Below, one piece after another: positions 59,442-64,000 of a DNA stretch of 64,000 nucleotides (the stretch's first letter is position 1; every line of letters starts with the position of its first letter). Made by a program: the position numbers and the translations under genes. This DNA comes from Lysobacterales bacterium (GTDB taxonomy: Bacteria; Pseudomonadota; Gammaproteobacteria; Xanthomonadales; SZUA-5). The stretch is from positions 20,167 to 84,166 of the forward strand of contig JALHMH010000006.1 in assembly GCA_022844165.1 (NCBI GenBank), in the 5' to 3' direction. The notes below the pieces were generated by a model. The model made no database searches and was not told the DNA's origin. It saw nothing but the letters and a program-made list of their open reading frames with translations.

Positions 59442-60152
59442 TTACTCGAACTCGCTGTCGTCGAAGTCCTCGAGGGCGCCCGCCAGAGTGGGTTTCGACG
59501 GCGTCACGCCCATGCTTTCCAGCGCTGGCGCAGCTTGCTTGCGAAAACCGCTGGCCGGTGTCAACGGGCCGAGAATGCCCTCAAGCGCCATGCGCATCTG
59601 CTGGAAGTCGCGAAACGCGTGTTCGCGGAACAGATCGTACGCCGTCCACATCAGATCGGCGCAGATTTCGGCAGGCACGCGACCCGTTTGCGCGCCCAGG
59701 CCGGGCAACGCCACGGAGCGAATCGAACCGGGTTCTTCGGTGTTCTGGATATGCACCGCCTGGAACGCTGCCGCGCACGCCAGCGCCACGTTCATGCTGG
59801 CACTGATGTCTTGATTGGACGACACCATCGTTGGCGTCGAAATCAGAAACCTGGGCTGCACGCGTTCCGTGGGCACGCACACGGCATGACCGACCGGCAT
59901 CGCACCTTGATGCTTGCGCTTGATTTCGCCTTTCACCTGATGCTCGATCTTCGCGCCCAGAAAATTCTTGATGACCAGATCGAGCCCGCCATCCATGCTG
60001 CCGGCCGAATTCGTCGGCGATACCCAGGCGCTGACCGGTTGATCGAGCATCGAACCATGCACGATCTCGACTTCTGGGTTGCCCTCAAAACTGGCGCGCC
60101 ACGCGGCGATGATCTTCGGATTAATGTCGACGAGGAGAACTTTGACGAGCAT
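59442..60152 (-). CDS. macro-domain protein (putative ADP-ribose binding/hydrolase)
   Basis: VSPTNSAGSMDGGLD (N..G.GGG-type diphosphate loop variant) and SVALPGLGAQTG (second macro loop). Only 10 nt from the ARM/HEAT gene start. Confidence 0.75.
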   Translation of the reverse strand: MLVKVLLVDINPKIIAAWRASFEGNPEVEIVHGSMLDQPVSAWVSPTNSAGSMDGGLDLVIKNFLGAKIEHQVKGEIKRKHQGAMPVGHAVCVPTERVQPRFLISTPTMVSSNQDISASMNVALACAAAFQAVHIQNTEEPGSIRSVALPGLGAQTGRVPAEICADLMWTAYDLFREHAFRDFQQMRMALEGILGPLTPASGFRKQAAPALESMGVTPSKPTLAGALEDFDDSEFE

Positions 60153-60222
60153 GGGTTTTCCAGTGATTGAACGAGCAGTCGATGTCGAGCGTTGGAAGGT
60201 CTTCGGCCGGACGCGGAGCTAC

Positions 60223-61653
60223 CTAAATCGTAAACTCAACCAAATACTCCAGGCGCTGTTGATTCGGCGAGTACACCACATACTCGTCGTCGGCGAATTG
60301 CGATGGCGAGAGCAGTTTGTGACGCACGCCGTGGCATGAATCGTAGCCCGGCGGTGGGCTTTCGAGCCCATACGTGATCTTCGTGTACGGCGCCATCTTG
60401 CCCAGCGCGACGCGCGCCAGCGCCATGAAACGCGTGCCTTTTTTGCCGGGCGTGGTGTAAAAGGCGCTGGTGCAGGCGGCGTCGCCGAAGTAGATGCCAT
60501 GGCCAAGCCATCCGGCGTCGGTGCGATTGACGCCCATACCGACCACAATCTTCGGCATCAAAATGCCGCGCGACAACAAGCCCACCCAGTTGCGAATCCG
60601 CGAGCCGTGGAACAACAACCGCTGGTTGTCGATATGCGTGGTGAACCCATCCCACTCGCCTTTGCGCTTGAGCGTGTAGATGGCTTTGACTTTGATGTTC
60701 TTGCTCTTGATCTGCGACTTCAGCACGTAGCGTTCGATTTCGTCGTAGGCACTGCCTTGACCCAAAGTGGCGACTTCGCAGTGAAGCGCCTGATATTTGG
60801 CATCGATCTCGTCCTCGAACAAGACACTGCCGGCCTCGCCGTTGACTTGCAGCATGTCTTTCATCAGCTGCAAGGTTTCTTGCTTCTGCTCGAATTCGGC
60901 GGGGGTGTCGATGACCGCTTCGGCGATCGCCTCGCGGGTGCGACCGATACGATGCGGAATGCAGGTGTAGAACTCGCCCGACAGTGCCTCGATTTTGTCT
61001 TGCAGTTTGCCGTTGGCCTTTTTGCTCGACTCGAAGATCTTGAACAGCTCGGCCAGGATCGCCTCGCCTTTTTCGATCTGCCCGAGCGTCAAAACGCCGA
61101 GCGGCGTTTCGATGCCGTTGGCCGTGATCTTGGCCGCAACGGTGTTGACCAGTGCGGTCGTGGCCTCATCGTAGATGTAGCGAATCAGCGCCTGGATATC
61201 ACCCGTCAGCGACGACGGTGGGCGCGCCGCGCGCTTCTCTTTTTCGCCCTCGATACGCTCCAGCGTCTTGGCGTCGATCTGCCCACTGGAGGCGCCGCGC
61301 GCCTTATGCGAACCGATTTTGCTCGAGGCCAGCGAAACTTCTTTGTAGCCTTTGCTGGCCCCGGTTTTTTCCCGGTAGATCTGCTGGTAACAGACTTCTC
61401 CCTCGGCGCGCGTCGCGAAGTGTCGCGTCTCACGAGCACCCGCACCGGGATTGGTTTCCAGATCATCGGTACGACCGTAATGCGTGAAGACGCGAAACTT
61501 GCCGCCGCCTTCATGCAATTCGATCGCGTAGTACTTGTTGTGATTGCTCTTGATATCGGTGACCTGCAGCACCGCCTTTTGCAGCACTTCGAAATCTTCC
61601 GGAAAGCTCGGCTCGTCGCTGGCGCCGAATTTGTAGGCTTTGGGTTTGGCCAT
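60223..61653 (-). CDS. WGR + helical regulatory domain + PARP catalytic domain protein (eukaryote-like PARP)
   Basis: WGR segment NHNKYYAIELHEGGGKFRVFTHYGRTD. HD segment LSGEFYTCIPHRIG (compare PARP1 LSNRFYTLIPHDFG). Catalytic H-Y-E residues lie in LFHGSR, GIYFGD and DDEYVVY. Confidence 0.88.
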   Translation of the reverse strand: MAKPKAYKFGASDEPSFPEDFEVLQKAVLQVTDIKSNHNKYYAIELHEGGGKFRVFTHYGRTDDLETNPGAGARETRHFATRAEGEVCYQQIYREKTGASKGYKEVSLASSKIGSHKARGASSGQIDAKTLERIEGEKEKRAARPPSSLTGDIQALIRYIYDEATTALVNTVAAKITANGIETPLGVLTLGQIEKGEAILAELFKIFESSKKANGKLQDKIEALSGEFYTCIPHRIGRTREAIAEAVIDTPAEFEQKQETLQLMKDMLQVNGEAGSVLFEDEIDAKYQALHCEVATLGQGSAYDEIERYVLKSQIKSKNIKVKAIYTLKRKGEWDGFTTHIDNQRLLFHGSRIRNWVGLLSRGILMPKIVVGMGVNRTDAGWLGHGIYFGDAACTSAFYTTPGKKGTRFMALARVALGKMAPYTKITYGLESPPPGYDSCHGVRHKLLSPSQFADDEYVVYSPNQQRLEYLVEFTI

Positions 61654-61693
61654 GTGCGTGAAAAAGCGGGCGAAGGCGGCAGACTACCTGTCT

Positions 61694-62710
61694 TCACACA
61701 CGCATTGCCAGCGCACGCAAGTCATCCGATCGTTCAACGTCGCGCACCCAGTGCGCGGGCAGGGCATCGATGCCCAAACGTGCCCCCACCAGGGCACCGG
61801 CCAGCGTCGCCAGCGAATCGCTGTCGCCGGGCGAATTGGCGCCCGCCAGGATCGCACCCGGCGCATCGTCTTTGTACCGCGCGAACAGGTACACCGCAGC
61901 AGCAATCGCCTCGTGCGCCGCCCAACCGCGCAGGCGATCGAGCGTCACCACCGGTTCCACGCCGTCGCGCGCTTCGTCGAAAGCGCGCTGCATCATGACA
62001 GCGGTTGGCGGCGAATAACGCGCCGCCGCCGAGATCATGGATTCAATCGCACGTTCCGCCGGCCAATCGTGCAACACCCGCGCAACGCCGACAGCCATCG
62101 CCGCGCTCGCTGCCAGCGCAATCGGATCGCGATGCGTCAGCTTCGAATGCGCCACCGCCCAGTCCTCGGCGCGCTGCACATCGTCCCGATACAACAGTCC
62201 GAACGGATAGGCGCGCATCACCGAACCGCAGCCACCCGCTGCCTCTCCGCCGGCCAGCTGCCAGGGCGTGCCACTGGCCAACGCGCGGCAACCGGCCATA
62301 CACGCGTTTCCTGGCGCACGATGACCGCCCTGCGGCGCCTGCGCCCAGGCCACAAATGCGCGGCTCATGCGGCGCATCGCGGCATCCAGATCTTCGTCGG
62401 CATTGCGGCTATCGAGCAGGCTCGCCAACACCGCTTCGGCCATTTGGGTGTCGTCGGTGTACGGCGCGAAACGCTGTCCACCACGCTCCCAATAAAGCTC
62501 GAAGCCGCGCACACCGTCCGATCCGTAACGCAACTCGATCTGACTCATCGACATAAACTCGGTGGGATGACCCATCGCATCGCCAATCGCCGCCCCAAGC
62601 ACGCATCCGACGACCGCTCGCTGCATCGGCCGAATCGGCGCCGCCGGCGGCGATCCGCTCACCACGGGCCACTGCAACTGCAATTGCGCGATCAGCTCAT
62701 CTGACGCCAT
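61694..62710 (-). CDS. ADP-ribosylglycohydrolase (ARH/DraG family)
   Basis: GAAIGDAMGHPTEF, YTDDTQM and GDSDSLATLAGALVGA metal-binding motifs. Confidence 0.88.
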   Translation of the reverse strand: MASDELIAQLQLQWPVVSGSPPAAPIRPMQRAVVGCVLGAAIGDAMGHPTEFMSMSQIELRYGSDGVRGFELYWERGGQRFAPYTDDTQMAEAVLASLLDSRNADEDLDAAMRRMSRAFVAWAQAPQGGHRAPGNACMAGCRALASGTPWQLAGGEAAGGCGSVMRAYPFGLLYRDDVQRAEDWAVAHSKLTHRDPIALAASAAMAVGVARVLHDWPAERAIESMISAAARYSPPTAVMMQRAFDEARDGVEPVVTLDRLRGWAAHEAIAAAVYLFARYKDDAPGAILAGANSPGDSDSLATLAGALVGARLGIDALPAHWVRDVERSDDLRALAMRV

Positions 62711-62775
62711 TTAGAAGGGCTCCGGTTCACTTCAAGAAAGTCTAGCTGACGACCAGACCGCAGCACATTGAACTT

Positions 62776-64000
62776 TCAGGCTGCGCCATGCAGCGACTCG
62801 CACATGGAATTGTCGAGATCCGCAAGAAATTCCGAAGCCGGTCGAACACTGGTCACCAACAAGCGCTCTCGGGCACGTGTGCTGGCGACATACAACAAGT
62901 GTCGCTCAGTGGCATAGACATTCGCCAAATCGGCCTCATCGCTGATGGCCTCGATGCGGGATTGCAGCGGAACGATCTCATCATCGCAAGCCATCACGGC
63001 AACAGCGCGGAACTCCAGACCCTTCGCCAGGTGCATCGCACCGATCGAGATAGCACCCACTGACGTATCGGCATGCTCGTCAAGTAGCTTGAATTGCAAC
63101 CCTGCCGTTGTGGCAGCGGCTTTAGCACGCTCAAGTTGCTCGAAGGAACGAACGAAAAGCGCTATTTCATGGAGCGAAATTAGCTCTCCAGCGCGTGCAC
63201 ATAGCCACTGCGCAACATGCGCTATCTCCTGGGCTTCGCTATCGAAGCACCGAATGATTGGCGCGGGCCCGTTAAACACCGAGATAGTGCCGCGGCGGCT
63301 ATCGGTATTGCCGTCGACATCGGAAATTTCCTCGTCAAGCAGACGATCGGCCTGGATTCGAATTTGGTGGGACGTGCGGTAATTCACCTTCAGCGTACGC
63401 GAGCGACCGCGCACATCGACACCCAGTGTGGCCCAAGAAAAAGGCGTCTGGAAGATCCGCTGCCCCAAATCGCCGGCGAAGAACAGCCCATTCGCGTGAT
63501 CGCCCGATAAGGCCGCAAGGAAGCGCAACTGCGCGACGCTAATGTCCTGCGCCTCGTCGATTACCGCATGCTGATAAGGTCGATTCGCTTGCTGCTGTTC
63601 GGCAAGCCGGTGGAACATTGCCGCCCGCGTCATCAACTGAGCCGTTTCAAGCGCTTGCCAGACGCGCTCGAACACCTGCCACAACGCGGCACGCTGCGCC
63701 TCGTTGAGCCGCGTCTTGCGTCCCAAACGCTTGACGTCGCGATAGGCTTCCCAAGTGCGCAACTGCCAGGCGTCGACGATCTCCTGCCACTCCTGGCGCA
63801 CGAACGCGACATTGAATCGAAGATTCTCGCCGCGCGTCGCGCCTGCGAGCATTTGCGCAACGTCTGCGTCGCTCGCCAAAGAGCCGCGCTTGCCGAAGAG
63901 CCGCTCGCCGAGAGCGTCCATAGCGTACACATCGATGCGCTCGCCGAGCCTGGGCTGAGCTTTGATGAGCTTGCGCAAACGATTGTGCAGCGCGTTGGCG
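62776..64000 (-). CDS. UvrD/Rep-like superfamily 1 helicase, N-terminus beyond window
   Basis: VIDEAQDIS (motif II), FFAGDLGQRIF, NYRTSHQI, HLAKGLEF and YVASTRARERL (motif VI). The reading frame stays open to the window edge. Confidence 0.8.
   Translation of the reverse strand, partial: ANALHNRLRKLIKAQPRLGERIDVYAMDALGERLFGKRGSLASDADVAQMLAGATRGENLRFNVAFVRQEWQEIVDAWQLRTWEAYRDVKRLGRKTRLNEAQRAALWQVFERVWQALETAQLMTRAAMFHRLAEQQQANRPYQHAVIDEAQDISVAQLRFLAALSGDHANGLFFAGDLGQRIFQTPFSWATLGVDVRGRSRTLKVNYRTSHQIRIQADRLLDEEISDVDGNTDSRRGTISVFNGPAPIIRCFDSEAQEIAHVAQWLCARAGELISLHEIALFVRSFEQLERAKAAATTAGLQFKLLDEHADTSVGAISIGAMHLAKGLEFRAVAVMACDDEIVPLQSRIEAISDEADLANVYATERHLLYVASTRARERLLVTSVRPASEFLADLDNSMCESLHGAA

Noticed and set aside
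59442-60152. Macro protein as a bacterial-type PARG
   Set aside because: I could not find the PARG signature (GGG-x6-8-QEE). It looks like a generic macro domain, so the PARG call is not supported.
1-64000. CRISPR arrays, tRNA/rRNA genes, IS elements, integrases
   Set aside because: No regularly spaced direct repeats, no cloverleaf-like or rRNA-like segments in intergenic regions, and no transposase or integrase-like ORFs were seen. Scans with tRNAscan-SE, Infernal and ISfinder would be needed for certainty.

Overview
This is a high-GC chromosomal segment that looks gammaproteobacterial (Xanthomonadales/Lysobacterales-like, judged from protein families only). I call about 50 protein genes, and most long antisense ORFs in the track are high-GC shadow ORFs. 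Most of the window is core housekeeping: trhO fragment, a TlpA/DUF4266/DUF3570/ApbE cluster, folA, aceE, aroQ-accB-accC, coaE, rsmB-fmt-def, ffh and ppx-ppk1. It also carries envelope and regulatory genes: a LytS/LytTR pair, a TonB-dependent receptor, an FG-GAP protein and a CadC/TolB-like regulator. Accessory content has four parts. (1) Two type II toxin-antitoxin pairs, PIN/Phd-like and GNAT/DUF1778. (2) Two modular MITE/REP-like repeat families spread over four intergenic sites. (3) An in-frame sigma-70 region-4-like helix-turn-helix segment with atypical codons inside aceE. (4) The main candidate system, a co-directional minus-strand block of about 10.4 kb at 53.5-64 kb. In transcription order it encodes a UvrD-like helicase, an ADP-ribosylglycohydrolase, a eukaryote-like WGR-HD-PARP, a macro-domain protein, an ARM/HEAT protein, a WH-SWIM protein, a structured ncRNA with retron msr/msd architecture, and a retron-type reverse transcriptase. 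I saw no rRNA, tRNA, CRISPR array, transposase or integrase.
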